The notes under the pieces: generated by a model
What the model was told of the DNA's origin: nothing
Database searches by the model: none
What the model saw: only the letters and a program-made list of their open reading frames with translations
Assembly (NCBI GenBank): GCA_964544325.1
Contig: CAZJAP010000002.1
Span: forward strand, 17,335-81,334
DNA length: 64,000 nucleotides
Origin: an uncultured Candidatus Izemoplasmatales bacterium
GTDB taxonomy: Bacteria > Bacillota_I > Bacilli_A > Izemoplasmatales > Hujiaoplasmataceae
Direction: 5' to 3'
Shown here: piece by piece, positions 29,386 to 39,423 of the stretch
Position numbering within the stretch: position 1 is the stretch's first letter
Layout: each line of letters opens with the position of its first letter
Translations under genes and position numbers: made by a program

Positions 29386-32055
29386 TTAAAATAATGTTTG
29401 TTGAATAACATTATCATCAAGTTCATCATTATCATCATCTTCTTCTTCATCAGTAAAACGAGATTTTTTTTCTGGAATAATCTCTTCTTCGATTTCTTCG
29501 GTAACTGTAGAACTTGAAATAATTTTTTCCAATTCATTCATCATTTCATCGGTTTCTTCTACTTCCTCTTCTTCGATAACATCAATCAAGTCAATTAAAA
29601 CCTGCTTGTTCTGATGATAATTATTAATTTCAATCATTAATGACAAAGGTTGATTTTTCTTGTCTAAATATGGTATTCCATTTTCATATCTATCTGGTTT
29701 CAACTCAATTGCAGGTATTGCTAAATCTGAGGTTTTAGCAAGAAGTCTAACTGTTAAATATTCTTTTAATCTAAAAATATTCTCAGCCCCCATACCGACG
29801 AAGCGATAAGGATTACTCTGAACAGTTTTTAGATATCTCTTTCCTTTAGCTGGGCGATGACTGTAATCAATATTTGCGACAAATTCTCGTTTTAAACCAC
29901 CACGATTAGTAAGCATCAAAACTTCATCTTTATTAATATTGGTGGTAAATTTAGCTCCGACTAATTTATCATCCCTTAAATTAATCCCCTTAACTCCTTT
30001 AGCGTTTAGGGATTGTATAGCAACTTCTTCTAATGAATATTTTAAAATATAGCCATTTTGAGAAACTAATACTATATCTCTATCAAAACCTTCCCTTAAA
30101 TCAACGCTGACTAACTGATTTAATTTATTTGCTGGAAGGCAATTAAAAGTTCTATTAATTCGTGTCTTTTGGAACTCACTTAAAACCACTCTTTTAATCT
30201 GTCCATCTTGGTTTGCTAAAAGAATGTCTCTTTCATTATCAAATTCATCAATTACTAAATAATCGATAATTACTTCTTTGTCAATTAAATGAGCATAATT
30301 GCCTATATAATCACCTAGATCTCGATATTTCATATCTGGCACTTTATATACCGGTAAAGCAATAAAGTTTCCAAAATTAGTGAAGAAAAGTAATGTATCT
30401 CTTGTATTTACTTCAGACTGTTTTAAAATCATATCTCCTTCTTTAAGGCCTGTTTCACTCATAGTTGCTTGATATGATTTTAATGAAGAACGTTTAATGT
30501 AACCGTCTTTTGATACAGTAAACATGACAAATTCATTTTCGATTAATTCTTGTTCATCAATCTCAACTTTTTGAATTTGTCCAGCTATAACTGACTTTCT
30601 TTCAACTGGATAATTATTTAATATCTCTTCTAATTCTTCAACCACAGCATTCTCAAGTTCATTTTCATTATTTAGAATTTTCTCAAGTTTTTTAATTGTA
30701 TCATTTAATTCTTGGCTTTCTTTTTTCATTTGAGTTACGTCAGTTGTAGATAAACGATATAATTGTAAAGATACAATCGCATCAGCTTGAACTTCAGTAA
30801 ATTCAAAAGTTTCAATAAGACGATTCATTGCGTCTTTTTTACCTAAAGAGCCTCTGATTAAGGCTATTACTTGATCAAGAACACTAACCATTTTTAAGAA
30901 TCCGGAAACGATATGTTTACGTTTTTCAGCTTGAAGCAATTCATAATTAGAGCGGTTTCTAATCATTTCTTTTTGATGTTGTATGTATTGATTAAGAATT
31001 TCATCTAAAGATAATAATTTAGGGCTTCTTTGGCTAATAGCGACCATATTATAGTTATATGTTGTACTTAATTCTGTATTCTTATATAAATACGCTAAAA
31101 CCACTTCAGAAGCAATTTCTTTTTTTAACTTAATTACAATTCTAATACCGTCACGGTCAGATAAATCGTTTACCTCAATTATTCCGTCAATCTTTTTTTG
31201 AATTCTAATATCATCAATTTTACGAACTAAATCAGCCTTATTAACTTCATAAGGAATTTCTGTTATTACAATTGAAGTATCTTCAACTTCAGCTTTAGAT
31301 TTAATAACAATTTTACCCTTACCTGTTTGGAAGGCTTTTTTAATTTCTTTTGTTCCTTCGATTATTGCCCCTGTAGGAAAATCAGGACCAGGTATGATTT
31401 TTATTAATTCTTCTAAATCGGCTTGAGGATTTTTAATTTTAAAAATCGTAGCTTTTAATACTTCGCTTAAGTTATGTGGTGGAATATTAGTTGCATATCC
31501 AGTTGCCATACCTGTAGCGCCATTAACTAATAAATTTGGATATTTAGCCGGTAAAACAACCGGTTCTAATTCGCAGTCATCAAAATTTGGAATAAAGGTA
31601 ACTGTTTTTTTATCAATATCTTTTAGAAGTGCTTCTGCAAAAACTGTTAGACGGGCTTCTGTATAACGCATTGCCGCTGCAGGGTCATTATCAACCGAAC
31701 CATTATTTCCATGCATATCAACAAGCAAAGTTCCTAATTTCCATGGTTGAGACATTCTCACCATCGCATCATAAACACTTGAGTCACCGTGAGGATGATA
31801 TTTACCAATAACTTCCCCAACAATTCTAGCACTCTTCTTATATGGTTTAGTTGAACCCATACCAAGTTCGTTCATCGCAAATAAAATTCTTCTTTGAACT
31901 GGTTTGAGTCCATCTCTTACATCAGGTAAAGCACGATCTTGAATTATATACTTAGAGTATCTTCCAAATCGTTCGCCTACAATGTCTTCTAGATTAACTT
32001 TTAATATTTTCTCTTCAAAATATTCATCGAGTTTCTTCTTAACTGATTTAGCCAC
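29386..32055 (-). CDS. parC: DNA topoisomerase IV subunit A with acidic C-terminal extension
   Basis: RALPDVRDGLKPVQRR and AAMRYTEARL (catalytic Tyr). Probable GTG start at 32055 behind GAAGGTG RBS, overlapping the parE stop; the track's TTG at 32070 is an alternative. Called ParC rather than GyrA from plsY-parE-parC synteny. Confidence 0.88.
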   Translation of the reverse strand: MAKSVKKKLDEYFEEKILKVNLEDIVGERFGRYSKYIIQDRALPDVRDGLKPVQRRILFAMNELGMGSTKPYKKSARIVGEVIGKYHPHGDSSVYDAMVRMSQPWKLGTLLVDMHGNNGSVDNDPAAAMRYTEARLTVFAEALLKDIDKKTVTFIPNFDDCELEPVVLPAKYPNLLVNGATGMATGYATNIPPHNLSEVLKATIFKIKNPQADLEELIKIIPGPDFPTGAIIEGTKEIKKAFQTGKGKIVIKSKAEVEDTSIVITEIPYEVNKADLVRKIDDIRIQKKIDGIIEVNDLSDRDGIRIVIKLKKEIASEVVLAYLYKNTELSTTYNYNMVAISQRSPKLLSLDEILNQYIQHQKEMIRNRSNYELLQAEKRKHIVSGFLKMVSVLDQVIALIRGSLGKKDAMNRLIETFEFTEVQADAIVSLQLYRLSTTDVTQMKKESQELNDTIKKLEKILNNENELENAVVEELEEILNNYPVERKSVIAGQIQKVEIDEQELIENEFVMFTVSKDGYIKRSSLKSYQATMSETGLKEGDMILKQSEVNTRDTLLFFTNFGNFIALPVYKVPDMKYRDLGDYIGNYAHLIDKEVIIDYLVIDEFDNERDILLANQDGQIKRVVLSEFQKTRINRTFNCLPANKLNQLVSVDLREGFDRDIVLVSQNGYILKYSLEEVAIQSLNAKGVKGINLRDDKLVGAKFTTNINKDEVLMLTNRGGLKREFVANIDYSHRPAKGKRYLKTVQSNPYRFVGMGAENIFRLKEYLTVRLLAKTSDLAIPAIELKPDRYENGIPYLDKKNQPLSLMIEINNYHQNKQVLIDLIDVIEEEEVEETDEMMNELEKIISSSTVTEEIEEEIIPEKKSRFTDEEEDDDNDELDDNVIQQTLF

Positions 32056-33988
32056 GTGATACACCTTCAATCATAAAATCATCATCTTCGTTTTCAAAAG
32101 AGACATTATTATCAATCCATTCTTTTCTTGGTTCAACTTTATCCCCCATCAAAACAGAAATTCTTTGATCTGCTTCAGCTAAATCTTCAATTCCTACTTG
32201 AACTAATGTTCTAGTTTTAGGATCCATTGTAGTTTCCCAAAGTTGGCTTGAATTCATTTCTCCCAAACCTTTGTAACGTTGAATAGAGTAATTTTTAAAT
32301 TTTCTACAAATTTCTTCTCTTTCTTCTTCATTCCACGCATAAATACCTTCTTTTTTATTGGAGGTAATCTTGTATAAAGGTGGTTGAGCAAGATATAGTT
32401 TTCCTGCTTCAATTAACTCAGGCATATATCTAAAGAAAAAAGTAATTAAAAGAACTTGAATATGAGCACCATCTGTATCCGCATCTGTCATAATTATTAC
32501 TTTATTGTAATTTGATTTAGTAACATCAAACTCACTGCCAATACCAGCACCAATTGTTGAAATAATGGTTGATATTTCTTCGTTTTTAAAAACTTCTTCC
32601 ATTCTTTGCTTTTCTGCGTTTATTACTTTTCCTCGTAAAGGCAAAATAGCTTGAAACATCCGATCTCTTCCTTGTTTAGCAGAACCACCAGCTGAATCAC
32701 CTTCAACTAAAAATAATTCTTTAATCTCACTATTTTTTGAGCTAGCAGGGGCTAGTTTACCAGAAAGGACGGTTTCTCTTTTTTTGATTTTCTTGACTAA
32801 TCTTGCATCATCTCTAGCTTTTCTTGCGGCTTCCCAAGCATTTCTTGCATTAATAGCTTTTTCAATTAAAGTAGCAGCTGTTTTAGGATTTTCGGTAAGA
32901 TAAACATTGAGTTTATCAGAAACTACAGCTTCAACTGCTGGTCTAGCTTCTGGTGAACCTAACTTATTCTTTGTTTGTCCTTCAAATTGCAAAAGATCTT
33001 CAGGGATTCTCACAGAAATAATCGCTGTTAATCCTTCTCTAACATGTGTTCCTTCTAAAGAAGCATCTCTTTCTTTAATTAAATTCATTCTTCTTGCATA
33101 ATCGTTAAATATTTTAGTAAAAGCGGATTTGAACCCTGTTTCATGAGTTCCTCCATCTTTTGTTCTAACATTATTAACAAATGATATGATATTTTCATTG
33201 AAAGCTTTGGTATAACCGAAAGCTACTTCCACTTCAATTTTTGATTGTGTTCCATAAAAATAAACAGGTTCATGGAGAGGGCCTTTAGTTTTATCGATAT
33301 ATTGAACATATTCTTTAATCCCTTTTTCGAAAACAAAAGTTTGTCTTTGTTTTGAACGATAATCAATGAGTTGCATCTTTAATCCTCTGATTAAAAATGC
33401 ACTTTCTCTAATTCTTTCTTCAAGAGTCTGATAGTTAAAAAGAGTTGTTGAAAAGATTTTTTGATCTGGTTTAAACCATACTTCAGTACCTGTTTTTCTA
33501 GTATCGCCAACAACTTCTAACTCTTTAACTTTTTTCCCGCCATCTTCAAAACGCATCATGTACATTTTGCCATCACGATGAATTGTTACTTGTAAAAATT
33601 CACTTAGAGCGTTAACAACTGAAGCGCCGACACCATGTAAACCTCCGGATACTTTATAAGCTCCGTCAGCTGAAAATTTTCCACCAGCATGTAATTTGGT
33701 AAAAATAACTTCCACACCCGTGATACCTGATGAATGCAAATCAACTGGCATACCTCTTCCATCATCAGTAACAACGATTGAATTATCTTCTTTAACTTCT
33801 ATTTTGATAAAAGTACCAAATCCAGCTAAAACTTCATCAATCGAATTATCTATAATTTCCCATACTAAATGATGAAGGCCTCTAGTGTCAGTTGAACCAA
33901 CGTACATACCTGGTCTTTTCCTGACGGCTTCTAGGCCTTCGAGTATTTGAATGGATTTAGAATCGTATTTGTTGTCTTTTATGTCCAT
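32048..33988 (-). CDS. parE: DNA topoisomerase IV subunit B
   Basis: GHKL ATPase N-terminus (LEGLEAVRKRPGMYVG), Toprim EGDSAGG. Start moved to ATG 33988 (MDIKDNKY) behind AAGGAG. Confidence 0.9.
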   Translation of the reverse strand: MDIKDNKYDSKSIQILEGLEAVRKRPGMYVGSTDTRGLHHLVWEIIDNSIDEVLAGFGTFIKIEVKEDNSIVVTDDGRGMPVDLHSSGITGVEVIFTKLHAGGKFSADGAYKVSGGLHGVGASVVNALSEFLQVTIHRDGKMYMMRFEDGGKKVKELEVVGDTRKTGTEVWFKPDQKIFSTTLFNYQTLEERIRESAFLIRGLKMQLIDYRSKQRQTFVFEKGIKEYVQYIDKTKGPLHEPVYFYGTQSKIEVEVAFGYTKAFNENIISFVNNVRTKDGGTHETGFKSAFTKIFNDYARRMNLIKERDASLEGTHVREGLTAIISVRIPEDLLQFEGQTKNKLGSPEARPAVEAVVSDKLNVYLTENPKTAATLIEKAINARNAWEAARKARDDARLVKKIKKRETVLSGKLAPASSKNSEIKELFLVEGDSAGGSAKQGRDRMFQAILPLRGKVINAEKQRMEEVFKNEEISTIISTIGAGIGSEFDVTKSNYNKVIIMTDADTDGAHIQVLLITFFFRYMPELIEAGKLYLAQPPLYKITSNKKEGIYAWNEEEREEICRKFKNYSIQRYKGLGEMNSSQLWETTMDPKTRTLVQVGIEDLAEADQRISVLMGDKVEPRKEWIDNNVSFENEDDDFMIEGVSRG

Positions 33989-34095
33989 AATCTCGCTCCT
34001 TGATAAGTCTATACTCATTATAACAAATTTTATGAGTTTTATCTTTATTTTTTCATAATTTTTTGGTATAATTTTTAGAAATTGGAGGTTTTAAA

Positions 34096-34716
34096 GTGAT
34101 TAAATATCTATTTCTAATAATCGCCTACTTAATCGGTTCTATACCGTTTTCATATATCCTTGGAAAATACATTAAAAAAGACGATATTCGTAAACACGGA
34201 AGCGGCAATTTAGGTACTACAAACGCATTTAGAGTTTTTGGAGCATTAGTCGGTATTTCTGTTCTCGTACTCGATACTTTAAAAAGTGGTATTTTTGTTT
34301 TACTAGCTAAAGAATTAGCAAACAACTATGACATGTTTCCGGCAATAATCTATGGTGCTGTTGCGGTCATAGGACATATTTTCCCTGTGTGGATGAAATT
34401 TAAAGGCGGAAAAGGCGTGGCTTCGGCTTTCGGTATTTTACTGTTTTTCTATTGGCCGATACCAATCTCTTTACTACCGGTATTTGTTATAACTCTATTA
34501 ATTTCTAAATATGCCTCTTTATCTTCAACCGTTGTTACTATCTTAGCGTTTTTAAGCGGGCTTGTTCTTTACTTAGTTGGCGGTACACCAATTGATTTAG
34601 TTTTTGTAATTACTACTGGTCTTTTAATGTTATTGATTATGTTTAAACATCGTTCAAACTATCGTCGCATTCTTGATGGTAATGAAAACAAAATTATTTT
34701 TAAAAAGAAGAATTAA
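34096..34716 (+). CDS. plsY: glycerol-3-phosphate acyltransferase PlsY
   Basis: GSGNLGTTN motif; GTG start behind GGAGG; TGgTATAAT extended -10 at 34064-34072. Confidence 0.9.
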   Translation: MIKYLFLIIAYLIGSIPFSYILGKYIKKDDIRKHGSGNLGTTNAFRVFGALVGISVLVLDTLKSGIFVLLAKELANNYDMFPAIIYGAVAVIGHIFPVWMKFKGGKGVASAFGILLFFYWPIPISLLPVFVITLLISKYASLSSTVVTILAFLSGLVLYLVGGTPIDLVFVITTGLLMLLIMFKHRSNYRRILDGNENKIIFKKKN

Positions 34717-34752
34717 AAAAAATATGGTTCCTTATGTAAGGAACCATTTTTT
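34715..34752. terminator. bidirectional rho-independent terminator (plsY / yneF-like)
   Basis: Perfect 10-bp stem 34724-34733 / 34738-34747, flanked by an A-run upstream and a T-run downstream. Confidence 0.8.
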
Positions 34753-34966
34753 ATTTTGCTTGTTTCATTGAAGCCATAACTTGTCTCACTTGTTTCTCAG
34801 AAGGTTTTCTTCCCATTTGTGACAGCATAGCTCTAATCATTTGTTCATTAATAGGTGGATTTTTTTCTAAATATTTTTTAAAGTAATTTCTCGCAATGAA
34901 AAACCCAGCGACTGCGCCACCTAGTAGCGCGACAACTATTAATACTATTGCTAACCATAATTCCAT
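34751..34966 (-). CDS. yneF: UPF0154 (YneF-like) small membrane protein
   Basis: 71 aa from ATG 34966 ([17 protein letters not shown]...[12 protein letters not shown]...), closely matching the YneF family pattern; AAGGAG RBS. Confidence 0.8.
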   Translation of the reverse strand: MELWLAIVLIVVALLGGAVAGFFIARNYFKKYLEKNPPINEQMIRAMLSQMGRKPSEKQVRQVMASMKQAK

Positions 34967-35061
34967 AATTTTAAACACTCCTTTAAACAACATAGATATT
35001 TTATCAAAGAATTGAGACTATTTCAAGAACTATATTTTGTAACTTTTATTTTTATTTATTA

Positions 35062-35090
35062 TTTACAAATTAACAAATGATTGTTATTAT
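35062..35090 (+). promoter_or_regulatory. sigma-A type promoter for the ferredoxin gene
   Basis: TTTACA (35062-35067), 17-nt spacer, TATTAT (35085-35090). Confidence 0.5.
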
Positions 35091-35128
35091 ATATGTGTAT
35101 ATAAAAGTTTCTTATAAGGAGGATAAAA

Positions 35129-35299
35129 ATGCCTAGAGTTATTTTAGACACTTGCATTGCATGTGGAACTTGTAAAGAAAATTGCCCTGTAGATTGCATC
35201 TCAGAAGGTGATATCTACGTAATCGATCAAGATGCTTGCATCGACTGTGGAGTTTGTGAAGCAAATTGCCCTGTAGATTGCATCGTAATTGCTGATTAA
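35129..35299 (+). CDS. fdx: 2x[4Fe-4S] ferredoxin (56 aa)
   Basis: Not in the ORF track (too short). Translation is MPRVILDTCIACGTCKENCPVDCISEGDIYVIDQDACIDCGVCEANCPVDCIVIAD, with two CxxCxxCxxxCP clusters. AAGGAGG RBS sits 6 nt upstream and a terminator follows. Confidence 0.9.
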   Translation: MPRVILDTCIACGTCKENCPVDCISEGDIYVIDQDACIDCGVCEANCPVDCIVIAD

Positions 35300-35317
35300 T
35301 TTCAAATCAATAAAAAA

Positions 35318-35345
35318 ATAACGGATAATTTCCGTTATTTTTTTT
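35318..35345 (+). terminator. rho-independent terminator after the ferredoxin gene
   Basis: Stem ataacgga/tccgttat (35318-35338) followed by a T8 run; the upstream A-run may also let it serve the convergent marR gene. Confidence 0.75.
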
Positions 35346-35363
35346 AACGCCTTGAAACATATA

Positions 35364-35807
35364 TTATTTAAAATATGAGGAGAGCTTTTCTAAAGATTCA
35401 ATTAATAATTCATCTTTTTCTAATTCTAAATCCTCAAAAATTGAATCAATCATTTCGCGGTGAAATTCATCATGCTCTTTTAAGACTTCTAGAGCTTTTG
35501 GTAAAAGAGTAACCATTACTTTTCTTCTATCTTCTGAATCTCTTTGCCTTGAAACATATCCTTTTTGAAACAAAGTGTTAATAGCAGTAGTTAAAGATCC
35601 TATTGTAATCCCTAATTTTTTAGCAACATTAGACATTGTCGCTTCTTCAGAATTTTGAATTGCTTCTAAAACATGAACTTCACTCATTGATAACTTGATA
35701 CCTTTATCTTTTAAGTTTTGTCCTTCCATAGTCAAAATACGATTAAATATTTCAACAAGCAATTCATTGATTATCTCTCGAGCACTTTCACGATCATACT
35801 TTTTCAA
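35364..35807 (-). CDS. MarR family transcriptional regulator
   Basis: 147 aa; wHTH segment MSNVAKKLGITIGSLTTAINTLFQKGYVSRQRDSEDRR. Confidence 0.85.
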   Translation of the reverse strand: MKKYDRESAREIINELLVEIFNRILTMEGQNLKDKGIKLSMSEVHVLEAIQNSEEATMSNVAKKLGITIGSLTTAINTLFQKGYVSRQRDSEDRRKVMVTLLPKALEVLKEHDEFHREMIDSIFEDLELEKDELLIESLEKLSSYFK

Positions 35808-36639
35808 TATATCCTACTCCCATCGTTCCTGGACCTGCATGACAACCTACTACTGGTGTTAGAGGTATAAGTAAAACGTCATCTAATCCATGACCCTCCA
35901 ACTCGTCCTTTAAATCCAACATTTCTTCCATATTATTAGTATATACTATAAATGGAATCACATTCTTATCTTTAACTTCTTTCAAAAATCTTTGTTTTAA
36001 TTCTTCTCTAGCTTTTGAAGTCGTTCTAATCTTATCTAATGTTTCAACTTTACCTTCTTTACTTAAATGCAATAAAGGTCTTAATTTTAACAATGATCCT
36101 AAAGCTCCAGCAACATTGGAAAGTCTTCCGTTCTTAACCAGATACTTTAAAGTATTTACAGTAATATATACATGATTATTATCGCGAATTTGATCTAGTG
36201 CAAGAATAATTTCTTCCATAGATTTATTTTGATCGGCCATTTTTTTTGCAGTCATAGCCATTAATGCTTCAACATAGGTTAATGATAAAGAATCATATAC
36301 AATAACATCAATATCAATCATTTTCGCAGCCAAAACAGCGTTTTGATATGTGCCACTCAATTGTTTTGAAATAGTAATAACAAGCAATTTATTATATCCT
36401 GCTTCTTTCATTTCCTCATACATTTCTAATATTTTACCAGTAGAAGTTTGAGCGGTTGAAATATCTAAATCCGGATTTTTTTCTAATCTATTATAGAAAT
36501 CATCACTACTAATTTCTATAAAATCTTCGTATTCTTCTTTACCAATATTTAGTAAAGATCTAAATTTTCTAATTTCTTTATCGTGTACTAAATAATCAAT
36601 TCCCGAATTTCCGCAAACTGCAACACCAATCTTGTCCAT
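35794..36639 (-). CDS. DegV family fatty-acid-binding protein
   Basis: 281 aa; DegV pattern (STAQTSTG, LSGTYQNA); overlaps marR by 14 nt. Confidence 0.85.
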   Translation of the reverse strand: MDKIGVAVCGNSGIDYLVHDKEIRKFRSLLNIGKEEYEDFIEISSDDFYNRLEKNPDLDISTAQTSTGKILEMYEEMKEAGYNKLLVITISKQLSGTYQNAVLAAKMIDIDVIVYDSLSLTYVEALMAMTAKKMADQNKSMEEIILALDQIRDNNHVYITVNTLKYLVKNGRLSNVAGALGSLLKLRPLLHLSKEGKVETLDKIRTTSKAREELKQRFLKEVKDKNVIPFIVYTNNMEEMLDLKDELEGHGLDDVLLIPLTPVVGCHAGPGTMGVGYIEKV

Positions 36640-36665
36640 TTTAATCTCCTAATTTTTATTTTAAT

Positions 36666-36680
36666 TTCAAATAGTTTGAA
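36666..36680. promoter_or_regulatory. palindrome TTCAAA-TAG-TTTGAA in the degV-marR leader (candidate operator)
   Basis: Perfect 6-bp arms, read directly. It lies between a TGtTAAAAT extended -10-like box and the degV RBS on the minus strand. Confidence 0.3.
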
Positions 36681-36736
36681 CATCAAATGATATTTTAACA
36701 CGAAAATTATTAATTGACAAGTGTAAAGTGATAAAG

Positions 36737-36763
36737 AAAATAAAAAAGAGCAATAAGCTCTTT
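36737..36763 (-). terminator. rho-independent terminator after yqfO
   Basis: Stem aaagagc/gctcttt (36745-36763) overlaps the stop codon, then a T-rich run on the minus strand. Confidence 0.6.
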
Positions 36764-37526
36764 AATAGTTTGTAAAAGGATTTGTATTTACTGCTGATTT
36801 TATAAATTCAACTTCAGAAAATTCTTTGCTTAAAAACCTTATGATTGCATCAACAAAGATTTTTTCTGCATGATGACCAATATCAATGATTGTTAGTCCC
36901 AATTGAATAGCATCTAAAGCGGTATGATAAGTGACATCTCCAGTCAAATAGACATCACAATTCTTCATTTTGGCTTGATACATATGTTTGGAACCAGATC
37001 CGCCAGAAATACCTATTTTTGAAATTGTTCGATCTGTTCTTCCAATTACTTTTACATTATCAATCTCTAATTTTTTCTTAAGATTTTTTAAAAAGTCTTC
37101 AAAGGTACAAGGTTCTATATCTCCGAATCTTCCAATCATTACTTCATCATCGAGCAGCATAGGGTTTTTAATTCCTAAAATAGAAGCAAATTCGTCGTTC
37201 ATTCCCCCTTCTGCTGTATCGTAATTTGTATGAGCAGAATAAACGGTTATATTGTGTTTAATTAAATTTTTGATTATCCAACCTCTAGGAGTATCAAAAA
37301 CAATCTTATCCAAAGGATTAAATATTAAAGGATGATGAGAAATGATCATATCAGCTTTCTTTTCAATCGCTTCTTTTACAACCTCTTTAGTGACATCAAG
37401 AGTTACTAAGATTTTTTTAGCAACAGAATTTAACGTTCCAACTTGTACACCAACATTATCCCAATCATAAGCTAAGTCTTTAGGATATTTTGTTTCAAAA
37501 TACTTGATTATATCAATCAAATTCAT
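36762..37526 (-). CDS. yqfO: Nif3-family dinuclear metal-centre protein
   Basis: 254 aa; ISHHPLIF motif and C-terminal GHH; follows trmK, as in Bacillus yqfN-yqfO. Confidence 0.85.
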   Translation of the reverse strand: MNLIDIIKYFETKYPKDLAYDWDNVGVQVGTLNSVAKKILVTLDVTKEVVKEAIEKKADMIISHHPLIFNPLDKIVFDTPRGWIIKNLIKHNITVYSAHTNYDTAEGGMNDEFASILGIKNPMLLDDEVMIGRFGDIEPCTFEDFLKNLKKKLEIDNVKVIGRTDRTISKIGISGGSGSKHMYQAKMKNCDVYLTGDVTYHTALDAIQLGLTIIDIGHHAEKIFVDAIIRFLSKEFSEVEFIKSAVNTNPFTNY

Positions 37527-38173
37527 TTGATAACCTCCTTAAGTTCTTTAATCCGTTTTTCTATTGTCAAAACTGCTTTTTCAGTTTTGGCATTTTTTTT
37601 AGCCATAAGTAATTTGTCTATTAATTTCGCAATCATTTCTTTTAAAAACAAAGATTTACTTTTTATAATAAGTGGGCCAAATTCCATTTCAATATTAGAT
37701 AAAGTCATTTCACCCTTCTCTAAAACCATCAACTGATAATACTTATTTTTTTCTTTAATTAGTTCTTCAGCAGTTATTTTCCAATAATTTTTAGAGAGAA
37801 ATTCTCTTAAAATGCTATTTTCAGAATTAGCAATTAAGATTAATCTTTTGACATTATGTAAATCAGCATTTTCAAGAATGCTGACAATCATTCTACCACC
37901 CATACCTAAAATGCTAACTATATCCACTTCAGAATTAAGGTAAGTCAAGCCTTCAGCAAATACAGGAATAACAGATTCGTTAAGATTTGCGTTTTTAATA
38001 TTCTTAACAGCATTTTCGTAAGGTCCAATTTTATTATCGGAAGCATATGCTTTTTTTACTAAATCATTTTCTACCGCATAAATTGGCAATAAAGCGTGGT
38101 CAGTCCCGCAATCAGCTAAGCAATTGTATCCCTCAAGGTATTTGCTAGCTTTTTGAAGTCTTAACGATATCAT
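37523..38173 (-). CDS. trmK: tRNA (adenine22-N1)-methyltransferase
   Basis: 216 aa; [12 protein letters not shown] motif; conserved position after sigA. Confidence 0.8.
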   Translation of the reverse strand: MISLRLQKASKYLEGYNCLADCGTDHALLPIYAVENDLVKKAYASDNKIGPYENAVKNIKNANLNESVIPVFAEGLTYLNSEVDIVSILGMGGRMIVSILENADLHNVKRLILIANSENSILREFLSKNYWKITAEELIKEKNKYYQLMVLEKGEMTLSNIEMEFGPLIIKSKSLFLKEMIAKLIDKLLMAKKNAKTEKAVLTIEKRIKELKEVIK

Positions 38174-39423
38174 TGATGTGAGCCTTGATGAAAATCTTTA
38201 AGTTTTTTTGAACGATTTGGACTTCTTAATTTTCTAATGGCTTTGGCTTCAATTTGTCTAATTCTTTCTCTAGTTACGTTAAATTCTTTACCAACTTCTT
38301 CTAAAGTGCGACTTTTTCCATCTAATAAACCAAATCTCATTCTCAAAACCTTTTCTTCACGATCGGTCAAAGTTTCAAGAGCAGCATCCAATTCTCTTTT
38401 TAGCATTTCCTTTGAAGTAAATTCATATGGAGTAAGAATATCATTATCAGGAATAAAATCTCCTAAACTTGAATCTTCTTCCTCTCCTACTGGTGATTCT
38501 AAAGATATTGGTTCTTGAGCAGTTTTTTGAATGCTTTGAACTCTATCAACTGTAATCCCCATTCTTTCAGCCACTTCTTCAGGAGTAGGTTCTCTTTCTA
38601 ACTCTTGTGTCAAGGTTCTTTGAGTTCTAACCATTTTATTAATAGTTTCAACCATATGAACTGGAATTCTGATTGTTCTCGCTTGATCGGCAATAGCTCT
38701 AGTTATCGCTTGTCTAATCCACCATGTTGCATAAGTTGAGAACTTATAACCTTTGGTATAATCAAATTTACCAACAGCTTTCATAAGTCCCATATTACCT
38801 TCTTGAATTAAATCAAGGAACTGCAAACCTCTAGAAACATATCTCTTAGCTATTGATACTACTAATCTAAGATTTGCTTCGACAAGTTTTTGACTTGAAA
38901 AATCGCCTTTTTTAAAAATATCTTCATATTCTGCTAATTCTTCAGGGGAAATATAATCATTGTTTCTTAAACGTTCATCATATTCTTCTCTAACTTTTTT
39001 TGCTCGATCAATTAAAGTAGCTAATTCATATTCTTCTTCACCCGTTAGTAAGTCTACACGGCCGATTTCCTTTAAATACATTCTAACTGGATCATCAACT
39101 TTTATTGATACGCTAGAATCAAAAACTTTTTCTTTCATTAAGTCTTCTTCGATTTCTTTAGAGTAATCTCTAATCATATCAATATCAGAAGCTTTTACAT
39201 CCTCTTCTCCTAATTCTTCAAGACTAATCTGATTGTTATCTTCATTCTTGATAAAATCAAAAATTTCATCAGGTAAAATCCCTTTACTAGCTAATGCATT
39301 AAGAACATCTTGAAAAACCGGATCAGTCTTACGAACGTTTAAAAAGATATCTTTAACAGTCAGTTTAGAGTTTTCTTCATAAATCTTCGAAAGTTTATCA
39401 ATTATTTGTTGTTTTTTTGACAT
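38170..39423 (-). CDS. sigA: primary RNA polymerase sigma factor
   Basis: Region 2.4 [13 protein letters not shown]; region 4.2 [20 protein letters not shown]. Confidence 0.95.
   Translation of the reverse strand: MSKKQQIIDKLSKIYEENSKLTVKDIFLNVRKTDPVFQDVLNALASKGILPDEIFDFIKNEDNNQISLEELGEEDVKASDIDMIRDYSKEIEEDLMKEKVFDSSVSIKVDDPVRMYLKEIGRVDLLTGEEEYELATLIDRAKKVREEYDERLRNNDYISPEELAEYEDIFKKGDFSSQKLVEANLRLVVSIAKRYVSRGLQFLDLIQEGNMGLMKAVGKFDYTKGYKFSTYATWWIRQAITRAIADQARTIRIPVHMVETINKMVRTQRTLTQELEREPTPEEVAERMGITVDRVQSIQKTAQEPISLESPVGEEEDSSLGDFIPDNDILTPYEFTSKEMLKRELDAALETLTDREEKVLRMRFGLLDGKSRTLEEVGKEFNVTRERIRQIEAKAIRKLRSPNRSKKLKDFHQGSHQ

Noticed and set aside
32048-34018. Calling the topoisomerase pair gyrB/gyrA rather than parE/parC.
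   Set aside because: The pair is adjacent to plsY, as in the Bacillus plsY-parE-parC arrangement, and not next to dnaA, dnaN or recF. The assignment remains synteny-based; I did not verify presence or absence of a GyrA box.
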